A stretch of DNA of 64,000 bases, taken from positions 318,494,001 to 318,558,000 of the forward strand of contig OZ024743.1 of the NCBI GenBank assembly GCA_964016885.1, read 5' to 3'. The DNA comes from Eledone cirrhosa. Taxonomy: Eukaryota. The notes under the pieces were generated by a model. That model was not told the DNA's origin. It was given only the letters and a program-made list of their open reading frames with translations, and did not search any database. This document shows, in pieces, positions 28,955 to 45,081 of the stretch (position 1 is its first letter; the number at the start of each line of letters is the position of its first letter). The position numbers were made by a program, and so were the translations under genes.

Positions 28955-30232
28955 GTGGGTTATTTTATAAAGGAACAAGACAACACCACTTCAACCTCCA
29001 ATATCAATGAGGAAATCCTGAAAATCCTAAAAGAGATAAATGGAAAACTCACCATTCTGACAAAAAAACAGGATATACCCCAAACCACCACACCGACTGA
29101 CAACCAAATTTATTTAAACGTTCAAAACGTATGCAACTCCATCGAAAAACTTATGAATACCAACACAGAACAAACGACATTGCTCCATATCAAAAACCAA
29201 ATGGGACACCTCTGGAAAAAACATCTAAAAACCAGAAAATTCACTTTCTGGAATATGATAAAAAACCTCAACAAAGCTGGAATTTACCAAAAATGGATTA
29301 ACTCAACACCGATAGTTTTACCACGTAAATTCCAAATAAAGCATATTACAAACGAACCTGAACCAGAAAGAAAACTCCGTGAACAAATGTCACTCAACAG
29401 GATAAACATGGAAATAGAACTCCTAAAATTAAGGGCCACCTCAAACGAGCAAGAGTATAAGGATACTGATAAAAATATGGAGGAAGAATGCACTAAAAAG
29501 GCCGAGGGAACAACCCTACAAAATTTAATCAAATCGTGGAAACAGGACTGCGAGAATGCAGAAACTATTTCCCTTAAACGGTGGGAAAAATCCGAAAACT
29601 GGTTCCTCAAATATGAAGAAGACTTTAAAAGGACGCACCAAACAGGTAACCCCTTTATAAAGCATTTGAACATAACAAGAACTACAACAGACACATTTAC
29701 ACCACCAAACCCAACACACACTAACCACAGGCACATCCCCCACCAACACAAACCAAATACGGCCAACTACACCAAAAGAAACACACCCAACCACCACAAC
29801 ACAGGTTTCCGTAGAAATGCCCCCTACATAAACCAACGACGAAATAACATAGATCCAACTCACAACACACACACCACATTCCTCAGAAGAAATCCACCCA
29901 GGCCACTTGAAATCACAACAGAACTTACCCACAACCACACCAGACATCACCCTCAATCCAACAAAAGACAACCCCCCAGCCTCAACACTCTGTACCACAG
30001 AAATAACGCACCCAGACCACATGAACCAACAACAGAACCCTTGCTCATCAACAACCACAACACATACCACCCCCACCATCACATTCACCCTCATGAAACA
30101 ACAAACTACAGACCCACACGCAACAGACCAACAAAATATAATCACACACAAAACTACATTCCTTTTTTAGGGAAAAGCCTGAAATACCAGGATACTCGAT
30201 GGCCCCCCCCCCTCAGGAGAAACCAAAAATAA
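28955..30232 (+). CDS. Upstream ORF of the PLE (helical/coiled-coil-like N half, H/T/N/P-rich C half); 5' end cut by the inversion
   Basis: 425 stop-free codons in AT-rich DNA. The tracked GTG start lies inside the inverted pLTR, so the true start is missing. Confidence 0.75.
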   Translation: MGYFIKEQDNTTSTSNINEEILKILKEINGKLTILTKKQDIPQTTTPTDNQIYLNVQNVCNSIEKLMNTNTEQTTLLHIKNQMGHLWKKHLKTRKFTFWNMIKNLNKAGIYQKWINSTPIVLPRKFQIKHITNEPEPERKLREQMSLNRINMEIELLKLRATSNEQEYKDTDKNMEEECTKKAEGTTLQNLIKSWKQDCENAETISLKRWEKSENWFLKYEEDFKRTHQTGNPFIKHLNITRTTTDTFTPPNPTHTNHRHIPHQHKPNTANYTKRNTPNHHNTGFRRNAPYINQRRNNIDPTHNTHTTFLRRNPPRPLEITTELTHNHTRHHPQSNKRQPPSLNTLYHRNNAPRPHEPTTEPLLINNHNTYHPHHHIHPHETTNYRPTRNRPTKYNHTQNYIPFLGKSLKYQDTRWPPPLRRNQK

Positions 30233-32478
30233 TCAACCTCTCAAAGACACCTCTAACCAACACACAAATCAACATTTTAAGTAAGGGCCTGAAATTTACA
30301 CCTACACCACGTAAACCAAACTTCCCCGAAATGAAGGATGACATCATGGAATACTGCCGAAAGCTGCGACTAACGGAATTCTTCCACAACGACACCAACA
30401 CTGAAGACGAATCACTGGTTAGAAATAAAAGCAATTTCTGCCCACAAAAGGGAAGAAATAAAGCACTGGACACGTACTGCGAACACATCACCAACTTTCC
30501 CTATGAAAAAATTACAAATAAACACACGAAATCAAACCTATCTACACACGAATGGGAAGAATTATTCACACTTAGAAACAACCCTGAGATAACTATCAAA
30601 GAAGCCGATAAAGGCAGTACTATTGTGATTATGAATACGGACTACTATAGGACCCTCGCACTTAACATTTTAGAAAACAACACATACTATGAAAAAACAG
30701 AAAACTACAAACACACCAAAACAATGGGGAACCTTTTGACCTTACTGAATAAATACCGCAACAGCTTAACCACAAAAGAGTTTAACTATATAAGCCACTT
30801 CAAATGCAATACAAGCTCTTTTTACGGCTTACCGAAACTTCACAAATGTAAACCCATAAACGATGCATGTGACACCTCAACCAACAATTACATTGTACTA
30901 ACACCACCAGAAGACCTAAAACTCAGGCCAATTATAGCAGGCCCTACATGTGAAACCCACAGACTTAGCAACTTTCTGGACATCCTACTGAAACCCTTTC
31001 TACAACATATACAGAGCTACATACGAGATGACCTTGACATGCTGAAACACCTCCCTAAAACAGTAAGTGCAAATACAATTCTTGTCTCCTTTGACGTAAT
31101 AAACCTCTACACAAACATACCTCACAACTATGGAATAACAGCAGTCCAATACTGGCTTAACACACACCCATCAGAAATACCGACACGCATCAACACAGAT
31201 TTTATCACTGACGGACTCCGCTTTATCCTACAAAATAACTACTTCACATTCAATGGTTCAACATACAGACAAGTATCAGGTACGGCAATGGGCACGAAAG
31301 TAGCACCCACATATGCCAACCTAGTCATGGGATTCCATGAACAACAAATATACAGTCAGTCCCTTCTCTTATTTGGAGACTCTTTCCACACACACCTCAA
31401 AGCCAATTGGAAAAGATATCTAGACGACTGCTTTATCCTATGGCAAGAAGACATGAACTCACTTACTACGTTTAAAAACATGATAAACAACATAGATAAT
31501 AACATACAATTCACAATGGAATCCAATCCTAAGGAATTAGCCTTCTTGGATATTCTCATCTCTGTAATAGACGGGAAATTAGATACAGATATATTCTATA
31601 AACCCACAGATTCCAAGCAATACCTCTTTTTCACATCAAGTCACCCAAAACATACAAAACTTAACATTCCTTACAATTTGGCCAAACGTATATGTACCAT
31701 AGTATCAGATCCACCTAAACGGGAGCAAAGACTAAAGGAACTAAAAGACACCCTTATCTTAAGAGCCTTTCCACTTGAAATAATCAACAATGGAATAGAC
31801 AGGGCAAAACACCTAAATCCCCATCAACTTAACAATCCAAAACAGAAAACCACACTCAACACCCTGCCATATGTATCCACTTTCAACCCCAGAAATACCG
31901 AAATGTTTGATCACCTACACAAAAACCTCCCCATCCTACTTAAAGATGTAAAAATGAAGTCTATTCTTGAAACACACAAGATCCTTAAAAGTAAAAGACA
32001 ACCCAAATCACTTAAACGCATTCTCACTGGACCAAATATACCCAAACCAATCCTCAACCCTACAGTTACCAAATGTGGTAGAACAAACTGTGGAACGTGC
32101 CTCTACCTCACTGAAGGACAAACATTTACATTCAAAGATGGCCAAACATTTACAGTAAAAAACAATTTCACCTGCAACTCGGAGAACTTGATTTACGCAA
32201 TAACTTGCGGTGGGTGCAAACACAACTACATAGGACAGACGGGGACCTCATTACGCAAAAGAATGACCATCCACCGCCAACAAATCCGGGACGCTAACAC
32301 AAGAAAAATCCCCTTGAGCAGCCATATTGCGAACTGCGCAGGAATGACACTACCCAACTTTAAAATCTTCCCCTTCTACAAGTGCTCAGATTCGTTCACA
32401 CAACAACAAAGAATAAACAAAGAAAATCTATTCCTTAACAAATTTAAACCAAAACTAAACGGGTTATCACCCCAATAG
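30199..32478 (+). CDS. PLE reverse transcriptase plus GIY-YIG endonuclease (intact)
   Basis: FYGLPKLHK, RPIIAG, SFDVINLYTNIP, GTAMGTKVAPTYANL, RYLDD, CGRTNCGTC linker, NLIYAITCGGC..YIGQT...H...H (CCHH). Confidence 0.96.
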   Translation: MAPPPQEKPKIINLSKTPLTNTQINILSKGLKFTPTPRKPNFPEMKDDIMEYCRKLRLTEFFHNDTNTEDESLVRNKSNFCPQKGRNKALDTYCEHITNFPYEKITNKHTKSNLSTHEWEELFTLRNNPEITIKEADKGSTIVIMNTDYYRTLALNILENNTYYEKTENYKHTKTMGNLLTLLNKYRNSLTTKEFNYISHFKCNTSSFYGLPKLHKCKPINDACDTSTNNYIVLTPPEDLKLRPIIAGPTCETHRLSNFLDILLKPFLQHIQSYIRDDLDMLKHLPKTVSANTILVSFDVINLYTNIPHNYGITAVQYWLNTHPSEIPTRINTDFITDGLRFILQNNYFTFNGSTYRQVSGTAMGTKVAPTYANLVMGFHEQQIYSQSLLLFGDSFHTHLKANWKRYLDDCFILWQEDMNSLTTFKNMINNIDNNIQFTMESNPKELAFLDILISVIDGKLDTDIFYKPTDSKQYLFFTSSHPKHTKLNIPYNLAKRICTIVSDPPKREQRLKELKDTLILRAFPLEIINNGIDRAKHLNPHQLNNPKQKTTLNTLPYVSTFNPRNTEMFDHLHKNLPILLKDVKMKSILETHKILKSKRQPKSLKRILTGPNIPKPILNPTVTKCGRTNCGTCLYLTEGQTFTFKDGQTFTVKNNFTCNSENLIYAITCGGCKHNYIGQTGTSLRKRMTIHRQQIRDANTRKIPLSSHIANCAGMTLPNFKIFPFYKCSDSFTQQQRINKENLFLNKFKPKLNGLSPQ

Positions 32479-32819
32479 AATTGTCATAAAATATAAACAC
32501 ACATACGCACGGAATCACTACTATTAAAGACCAGAGACCAATTCTGTAGAATCAGGTTTATTCATTGACAGACCATGCCTTTGTGTGACCAACACATCCA
32601 TGTTAAACCCTGCACGTGCACACACATATATCTATATATATATGCGCACACAGAATTATTTTAATTTCACTGCCCCAACTTCTTATATTATGGAAAAAAT
32701 ATATGTGTCTGTATGTATATATATATATATATATTTGAAGGCCATTTCTCTGTGTGTGGGTGTATGTATGTGTGTGTGTGTGTGTGTGAGTATGTGTGTG
32801 CATGTGGATGTATGTATTG

Positions 32820-32858
<39 letters not shown>

Positions 32859-33026
32859 GGGTATCTGGATGTATGCGTATGTGTATATATATATATATAT
32901 GCATGTGTGTGTGTGTGTGTGTATATATATGTGTGTGTATGTGTGTATATATATGTGTGTGTGTGTGTGTGTGTATGTTTGTATGTGTGTATGTATATAT
33001 ATATGTGTGTGTGTATGTATGTGTGG

Positions 33027-33110
<84 letters not shown>

Positions 33111-33149
33111 ATGTATGTGTGTATCTGGATGTATGTGTATGTATATATA

Positions 33150-33204
<55 letters not shown>

Positions 33205-33275
33205 ATGTGTATATATATGTGTGTGTGTGTGTGTATGTGTGTATGTATATGTATGTGTGTGTGTATGTATGTGTG

Positions 33276-33316
<41 letters not shown>

Positions 33317-33671
33317 GTATATGTATGTATGTGTGGATGAAGGTATGTGTGTATATATAGGTGTAAGTGCACTAAATCCTTTTCTATCACGCTCCACTCC
33401 CCTACCCATCACAGGAAGATATATATGTGTGTGTATATTGCTTCCACCCCCTCACTGACCAGCAGCTGGCTATTGCTAAATCTGACCTTTATAAAATAAC
33501 CCACACCCCAAATAACTTCTCATTCACTACCAGAAAGGGACACAGCAGTCAACCTGTTGTTGCTACCTAGATGAAAACTGCTATGAAATCCCACAATGAA
33601 TTTTATACTTGAATTTTCAAGTCTCAAATTTTAACTCTTCGTATTATTAATTTTTCTTAATATTAATCAAC

Positions 33672-33713
33672 ATTTGAAAAGATGGCTTTTGCAGACCCAT
33701 CGAAACCGGTCAT
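33672..33713 (+). ncRNA. Hammerhead-like motif, U3-A8 variant, in the Neptune pLTR (antisense copy ~28746-28787)
   Basis: TTGAAAA-GATGG...CCATC-GAAA-CCGG-TC; stem I weak. Confidence 0.6.
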
Positions 33714-33852
33714 TTTTTATACCCTTTATTATTTCCTTACCTTATAAAATTATGTTTTTTCACAAAAAAGTATTCTGTCTCTTATATATTCCATGTGCCA
33801 TTACCAACCTCAATTTTCTCTATAACCTTCGTTTTGTGTAGAAAATTACACT

Positions 33853-34926
<1,074 letters not shown>

Positions 34927-34930
34927 TACA

Positions 34931-34963
<33 letters not shown>

Positions 34964-35019
34964 GGTATATATATATATACAATATATATATATATATTGT
35001 ATATATATATATATATACA

Positions 35020-35052
<33 letters not shown>

Positions 35053-35084
35053 GGTATATATATATATACAATATATATATATAT

Positions 35085-35120
<36 letters not shown>

Positions 35121-35179
35121 ATATATATATGTATATATATATATATAGGTATATATATATATACAATATATATATATAT

Positions 35180-35297
<118 letters not shown>

Positions 35298-35491
35298 TGT
35301 ATACCTACCCCCCACTCTCCTGAGCGTGAATTTAATAAACATTTATTGTACTGCCTCTCTGTTCTGTCCCTGTTCAATTTTTCATTATATATATATATAT
35401 ATATATACAATATATATATATTGTATATATATATATATATTGTATATATATATATACTATATATATATATATATAGTATATATATATATAT

Positions 35492-35551
<60 letters not shown>

Positions 35552-35555
<4 letters not shown>

Positions 35556-37886
35556 AACAAAAGATGGTTAAAAGAGTTCCATGTATTTTATTATGCGCAT
35601 TTCAAAAACAAACATCATCATGCAATAATATTTGTGTTTTCATCAGATAAAACAGGAAGACATGATATGAAGGTTAAAAAACACTTGTGGATAGTGCAGT
35701 TTTAAATCAACATATGAAAAGTAGTTTTAGATTGATGTGTGATATTGGGAAAAATATTTTATTTTGAGGGGTGGGTGGGGTGGAAAGGATGAAAAAGAGG
35801 AGGAGATGGGAGTAAAAAGTGGATAGGGAGGAGTATAATGAGGAAGGATGAGATAGGAGGAGAGATGGGTGATAGAGAGAGAGAGATAGCTTTTATAACT
35901 GAGAAAGATATATTGTTTTACATAGAGAGGTTGAAAACCGTTGGAAGATAATGTATAAATTAAAAGAATTTGAAAATTAACGAAGAGAAAAATAATGTAA
36001 AGTTAAGGTTTGTATATTGAAGGGTTTAATAATATGTGCGATGAAAAGTAAATGTTAATATGTATTAAGAATAATATTTAAGGGTTTAATAATATGTGCG
36101 ATGGAAAGAAAAAGTTAATATGTATTAAGAATAATATTTAAGGGTTTAATAATATGTGCGATGAAAAGAAAATGTTAATATGTATTAAGAATAATATTTA
36201 AGGGTTTAATAATATGTGCGATGGAAAGAAAAAGTTAATATGTATTAAGAATAATATTTAAGGGTTTAATAATATGTGCGATGGAAAGAAAATGTTGATA
36301 TGTATTATTAAAAAGAACAACAGGTAATTTAAGTAAGGATATATTGTGAGATGAGCACGAATAAGTTAGATGAAAGGGAGAAAAGAATAATGAATTGAGG
36401 ATGAATAATCTAATGTCAAAAAAATGTTTATGTTTACGAAGGATTTTTACAAGGTGATATAGAGTAAGAATGTATTGTATTATGTAATAATTGTTTCTAT
36501 GTTAGGCAACAGTGAGAAAAGGTACAGATTAGGGGTTAGACATTAAAAGAAAAAGAGAAGAAAGGGAAGTGATAAATAGGAGCGATATAGAATGAGTAAC
36601 AAGTATTATAGAATGAGTAACAAGTATTATATAATGTATAATAAAAACTTTGAAATAAGGTAGAAAGATGGGTATATTTTTAAAGAAGTGTATATATATA
36701 TATGTGCCTTTGAGAAAAAGATTCTAAATTGATAAAGTTTTGGATATTAGCTGTATACTTTGTGGAATGTTTTGTGGAATTTATGCAAGCAGATAGAAAA
36801 CAAGTCAGTGCGTCTATTTATTATAGAATCTAAATTAGATATAATGGTAAATTTTTCATTTAGACAGAGATTGCAAATCTTGGATAGAGAACTGTTCAAG
36901 TATGGAGACGCAGAAGAAACCTTCTTCCAAAAGATGCTATATTTAATATTTTTGTCTTTCAAGGACCATATGAGTTCTGAGAGAGCCGTGTTGGTTCTTT
37001 TAAGTTTGTATTTAAAAGACGAATGATGGTTATAAAGACGAGCTTTAAAGGAGGTGGAAGTGGAGCCAAAATAGGTGAAGGAATTAGTGTCAGTTATAAC
37101 TTTACATTCGTAAATTAAGTTTTTATCAAGACAATGGTTGTTGAGAGGACATTTATTTTTAACAGGGCAATTGCATTTGCGATTAGAGAGATTATTAACG
37201 AGTGACCTAGTGTTATCTATAGAAGGAATTGGATTGGAGAAGTTATTTGCGATAGGAATAATAGTTTCTTGATTTAGAATGGGATTAAGAACATTTATCA
37301 AAGTTGTGTTTGACGTTGTATTTGGGTTTGCAGAAATTAGCCTAGGGTTTACAATGACGTCGGGAGTACTATTACTATTATTATGATATTCAGTGTTGGA
37401 AGGAAGAGATTTAGTATTTAGTATTTTATTGTTGTGTTTAGAGATAATGTTGGAAATGTTGGAGGATGTAGAATAGGAAAATTTTATAGTGTGTTTGTTA
37501 AATATTTTACTATAGATATGTGAGGGAGGGAAGCATTTATTTAAGGCACTAAAGAATAATTTAGGAATATTATTATTAATAGAGATGGAGAAAGGAGCAT
37601 TATACCAGATTATGTTTTTGTATCTAGGTCTTTTATTAAAGTTATTGGAATGATCATGATTAATTATTCTACTGTAAGATCTTCTAGAATTTGTTTCTTT
37701 ACTATATTTGATTTTATCTGGATAGCCGGCTTTAGAAAGCGCGTTATTATAGTAATTGGCGTTAGCATCAAAGATGTTTTTATTTGTTCTTATATATTAT
37801 GTATACTCCAGTCCTACAAACTGTAGAGTGCTTCTTATCCGATATCTGCATTGCTTTATTGTACCACAATAAAACTCACCTCCTAC

Positions 37887-37888
<2 letters not shown>
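35552..37888 (-). mobile_element. 5'-truncated Hydra-like PLE (family A parent)
   Basis: ORF 36747..37301 CNCPVKNKCPLNNHCL..LIYECKV..YFGST..CNLC..CLH; upstream WYNAPF motif; pLTR with HHR at 35552-35715; inverted terminal piece at 37783-37888. Confidence 0.9.
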
Positions 37889-37963
<75 letters not shown>

Positions 37964-37970
37964 TATGTAT

Positions 37971-40135
<2,165 letters not shown>

Positions 40136-40185
40136 TGTATATATATATATATATATATATATTGTATATATATATATATATATAT

Positions 40186-40305
<120 letters not shown>

Positions 40306-40373
40306 ATATATATATATATATATATATATTGTATATATATATATATATATATTGTATATATATATATATATAT

Positions 40374-40790
<417 letters not shown>

Positions 40791-41339
40791 TCAGTCGTGT
40801 AGGACACCTCAGTTATTTTTCATTTTGTAAAAAATTCCTCACTTTCTAATATAGTCTACTTCTAAGAAATGTAACGTACATATTTCATTTTCTTCTCAAC
40901 TCTCCACCCCACCTTTCAGTTCATTCATCTATATATCTATAATCCCCCAGAATAAAAAAAAATCGTATTCATAATTGTCTTTCTATAATTCTGTCTCACC
41001 GTTCTAAAAATCTTCTCCACGTTGTTCTAAATAATATTCCCGCAACCATTTTGGCCGAAAAAGTTTTTCCAGGATTCATAGAAATGGCCTCTCTCTCTCG
41101 GCCCGCAAAAATCGCCTCTCACCCTCTCACTCTCTCACTATCATATACGTCGCTTCTCTCACTCCCCCTCACTCCCAGCCAACCAAATATAAATAAGTCT
41201 GCTCCTCGCAAACTACCCCATACCCCTCCCTCTCGCCCCCATTCTCCACCTTATTATTTGGACCAATCACAAGTCAACGGCCTATGCTATCACTTCTGGT
41301 TGCTTTTCGATATGATGGATGAACTAGGGAATTTCTGGA

Positions 41340-44300
41340 GTGTCTGAAGAATCTGGACACCCAAAGACAATGCAAAAGATAACGACAAATTCACCTCATG
41401 CTGCCGGACGAAAGGGCAAGGCCCCCCCCCCCTCTTTGTTGCGGCCGCGGATGGCCAACATAACCCCAACCCCATCCACCTAAATCCCTCCCTGCACCCC
41501 ACCCACCAAACGCAATCCAAAACATCAGAGTTGGTACCATGAATGTAGGGACCTTAAAAGGCCGCTCTAACGAGGTTGTTGAAATGCTTGAACGTAAGGA
41601 GGTTGATGTTTGCTGTATCCAAGAGACCAGGTGGAGGGGCGGGTCTGCTAGATTCGTTGTGGGTAAAAAACGATGCTATAAGCTTTTCTGGGTGGAAAAT
41701 GACAATGGGCTGGGTGGGGTAGGAATCATGTTAGCAGAAAAATGGGTGGATAAGATAATAGACGTAAATAGAGTAAACGACAGAATAATTAAAATAAGAC
41801 TTGTTCTAAATAGAACTACTGTGACGATAATATCTGCGTACGCACCCCAATCCGGACTGCCTGGCACTATAAAAGACAGTTTCTATGAGACACTGATGCT
41901 CACTACCTCCCAAATAACCGACAGTGACTATATAATTATTGCTGGCGACCTAAATGGTCACGTTGGACAACATTGTGACGGCTATGATGGAATCCACGGA
42001 GGCTATGGGTTTGGTACTAAAAATGAGGAAGGCTCCAGAATCCTGGAATTCTGTGACGCAAATAACCTAACTGTCTGTAACACTAACTTCAAAAAACGAG
42101 ACAATCACTTGATCACCTACAGATCAGGGGAACATACCAGCCAGTTAGATTATATCCTTACCAGAAGACGTGACAGAGTGTCTGTTGTAAACACTAAATC
42201 CCTCCCCCATGAAGAATGCACCTCCCAACATAGACTGATAATTAGCGACCTCATAGTCAGGACGAGACGTACTCGACAGCAGAAGAGGACTATCCCCAGG
42301 AGAAAAATATGGAAGCTAAAGGACCCCACCGCCAGAAATAAATTTCAAAGCATATTATTGATGCTTTCGACAGTAAGGAAGAGCATTTAGAGTCGTACAA
42401 TATAGAGGAACAGTGGGAATTCCTGAAAGCAAACCTGCTGATGGCGGCAGACGAAGTCTGTGGCCGGAGCAGGCCTATAGGCAGGAGGAGAGTAACATGG
42501 TGGTGGAACAGTAAGGTGGAGGAGTCAATTAAGGCCAAAAAGCAGGCTTGGAAAGTATGGCGGGATGGGGGAAGTAGAGAAGACTATCAAGTGGCCAGGA
42601 GGGAAGCTAGGAGACAAGTGTACTTCGCAAGAAGGGAAGCAGAGGAAAGAAAGTTCAAGCATGTTCTACAACGCGAGGACCAAAAACGTGAGGTGTTCAG
42701 GATTGCTAGGCAATGTGTCAAGGAAAACCGTGATATTGTCGGGGAGAAGTGTGTACTTAATGATAATGGCGTACTTGCCATCACTGAAGCTGATAAGAAG
42801 GTAGCTTGGAAGTGTCACTACGAAAGGATACTAAATGAGGAGAATAAATGGGTGAAATACAGTCTCCCCCACATCGACCCAATAGAGGGACCAGCAGTGT
42901 TAGTCGAAGGTAGTATAATAAGTAAGGCAATCAAAGATATGAAGACGGGTAAGGCGGCTGGGCCTTCGGAAATAGTTGCTGAGATGCTGAAAGCCTCTGG
43001 AACGGTGGGACACACCATGGTCACCCGGATAGTAAACCAAGTCATACAGAATGTGGTTGTTCCGAAGGACTGGCGTAGCAGCATCATCATTAACTGTTAC
43101 AAGGGTAAAGGAGATGCTCTAGATAGGAGTAACTATAGAGGCATTAAATTAATCGACCAGGTCATGAAGGTCACGGAAAAAGTAATAGCGCAACTAATCA
43201 GAGAGAGAATTGATCTAGATGAAATGCAGTTCGGGTTTGTGTCAGGAAGAAGTACCACAGACGCTCTTTTCATTGTACGACAACTACAGAAGTACCTAGC
43301 TAAAAGTAAACCCCTATACTTAGCTTTTGTCGACTTGGAGAAAGCCTTCGACAGAGTCCCCCGTTCCATTATCTGGTGGGCTCTTAGAAAACTAGGTGTT
43401 GATGAATGGCTTGTGAGAGCTATACAAGCCATGTATAAAGAAACAGTCAGCAAGGTTAGAATTAACAACGAATATAGTGAAGAGTTTAGCGTAAAAGTTG
43501 GTGTTCATCAGGGCTCTGTTCTTAGCCCCCTACTATTTATTATTGCCTTTCAGGCTATAACAGTGGAGTTCAAGAGCGGCTGCCCATGGGAACTCCTATA
43601 CGCAGATGATCTAACGCTCATAGCTGAATCAATGGCCGAGCTAGAGAAGAAATTCCAAACATGGAAGCACGGCCTAGAATCAAAAGACCTTAAAATTAAC
43701 CTGGCTAAGACTAAAGTTCTAGTTTGTAGGAAAGAAAATAAGGCGCCGGTTCCTTCCGGGAAATGGCTATGCTCAGTGTGTAGGAAAGGCGTAGGTAGAA
43801 ACTCCATTTTATGTCCCAAATGCAAAGTATGGGTGCATAAAAGATGTAGTGGGATCACAGGTTAGCTAACTAAGAACATAGATTTTACATGTGGCCGGTG
43901 CTCTGGTGCAATAAGTAGCAGCAAGTGCCCACAGAATACTAGCTCTTTCAATTGCGCAGAGCGTTCTATAGAAATAGTGGACAGCTTCCGTTACCTGGGT
44001 GACAAAATCAGCATTGGTGGAGGGTGCTCTGAAAGTACAGTAGCTAGAGTCAGAACTGGATGGAAAAAGTTCAGAGAGCTTATACCACTATTAGGCGCTA
44101 AAGGGTTCTCCCTAAAAATTAAAGGCAGGTTGTATGATGCCTGCATACGAACAGCAATGTTGCATGGCAGTGAGACCTGGGCATTGTGTGCAGAGGATAT
44201 ACGCAGACTAGAGAGGAACGAAGCTTGCATGCTCCGCTGGATGTGTAATAGTAATATACGTGAACGGCAAAGCATTAACAAACTAAGGGAAAAATTAGAA

Positions 44301-44950
44301 ATAAGAGGGATCAGATGTTGTTTACTTGAGAGAAGGCTACGTTGGTATGGTCACGTGATGCGCATGAAAGACGACAGCTGTATAAAAAAGTGCTGGGCAA
44401 TAAAGATAGACGGTAGCCACGGAGTAGGCAGACCCAGAAAAACCTGGGACGACTTGATAAATTTCGACCTCACACACTTACACCTCTCCAAGACAATGTC
44501 ACTGGACCGAGATCTTTGGCGGTACTCAGTAATAGAGAAGACCCGCCTTACCTAAATACAAAGTAAAACCTACTACAGTCAGTAGGCACCTCTAACAAAA
44601 TACACCCCGTCCCACCACCCCCGCCCCATCCACACCGCCCCTTTCAATGTAAAATTATGTTGGTGCCACAACATCCAGGCCGAAACAAATGAGGTCGTGT
44701 AGGTGTCACGACAAAAAAAAAACAAAAAAAAAAACACACAGTCCACGCTGTAATGTGGCCATGTAGGTAACACGGTAAAAACCTCCCAGTCCCACACTGT
44801 AAATGTGGTTGGTGTTAGGAAGGGCATCCAGCTGTAGAAAACCCGCCAGACAGTCCTATGCGAGCAAGACAACCACTCTTGCCTCAAGTGGGAAAACTCC
44901 CGTCCAAACCCATGCAAGTGTGGAATATGGACATTAAACGATGATGATGA
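41340..44950 (+). mobile_element. Near full-length RTE LINE family 1 (APE + RT), inactivated
   Basis: APE TMNVGTL..IQETRW..SAYAPQ..AGDLNGH..LDYIL..SQH; RT FVDLEKAFD, QGSVLSP, YADD; frameshift near 42360; stop at 43863; (GAT)n tail. 5' boundary uncertain. Confidence 0.95.
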
Positions 44951-44971
44951 TATATATATATATACATATAT

Positions 44972-45009
<38 letters not shown>

Positions 45010-45081
45010 TACAATATATATATATACGTATATACAATATATATATATATATATATACACATATATACAATATATATATAT

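Noticed and set aside
30199-32478. Naiad-type selenoprotein PLE
   Set aside because: The EN is C-terminal and the ORF has no in-frame TGA.
28639-33820. DNA transposon, suggested by 335-bp terminal inverted repeats
   Set aside because: It encodes a PLE RT and GIY-YIG, the right arm extends beyond the repeat and ORF1 is cut at the junction; this is an inverted pLTR.
36010-36310. 60-bp repeats as a CRISPR-like array
   Set aside because: Head-to-tail minisatellite without unique spacers, inside a PLE 3' UTR of a eukaryote.
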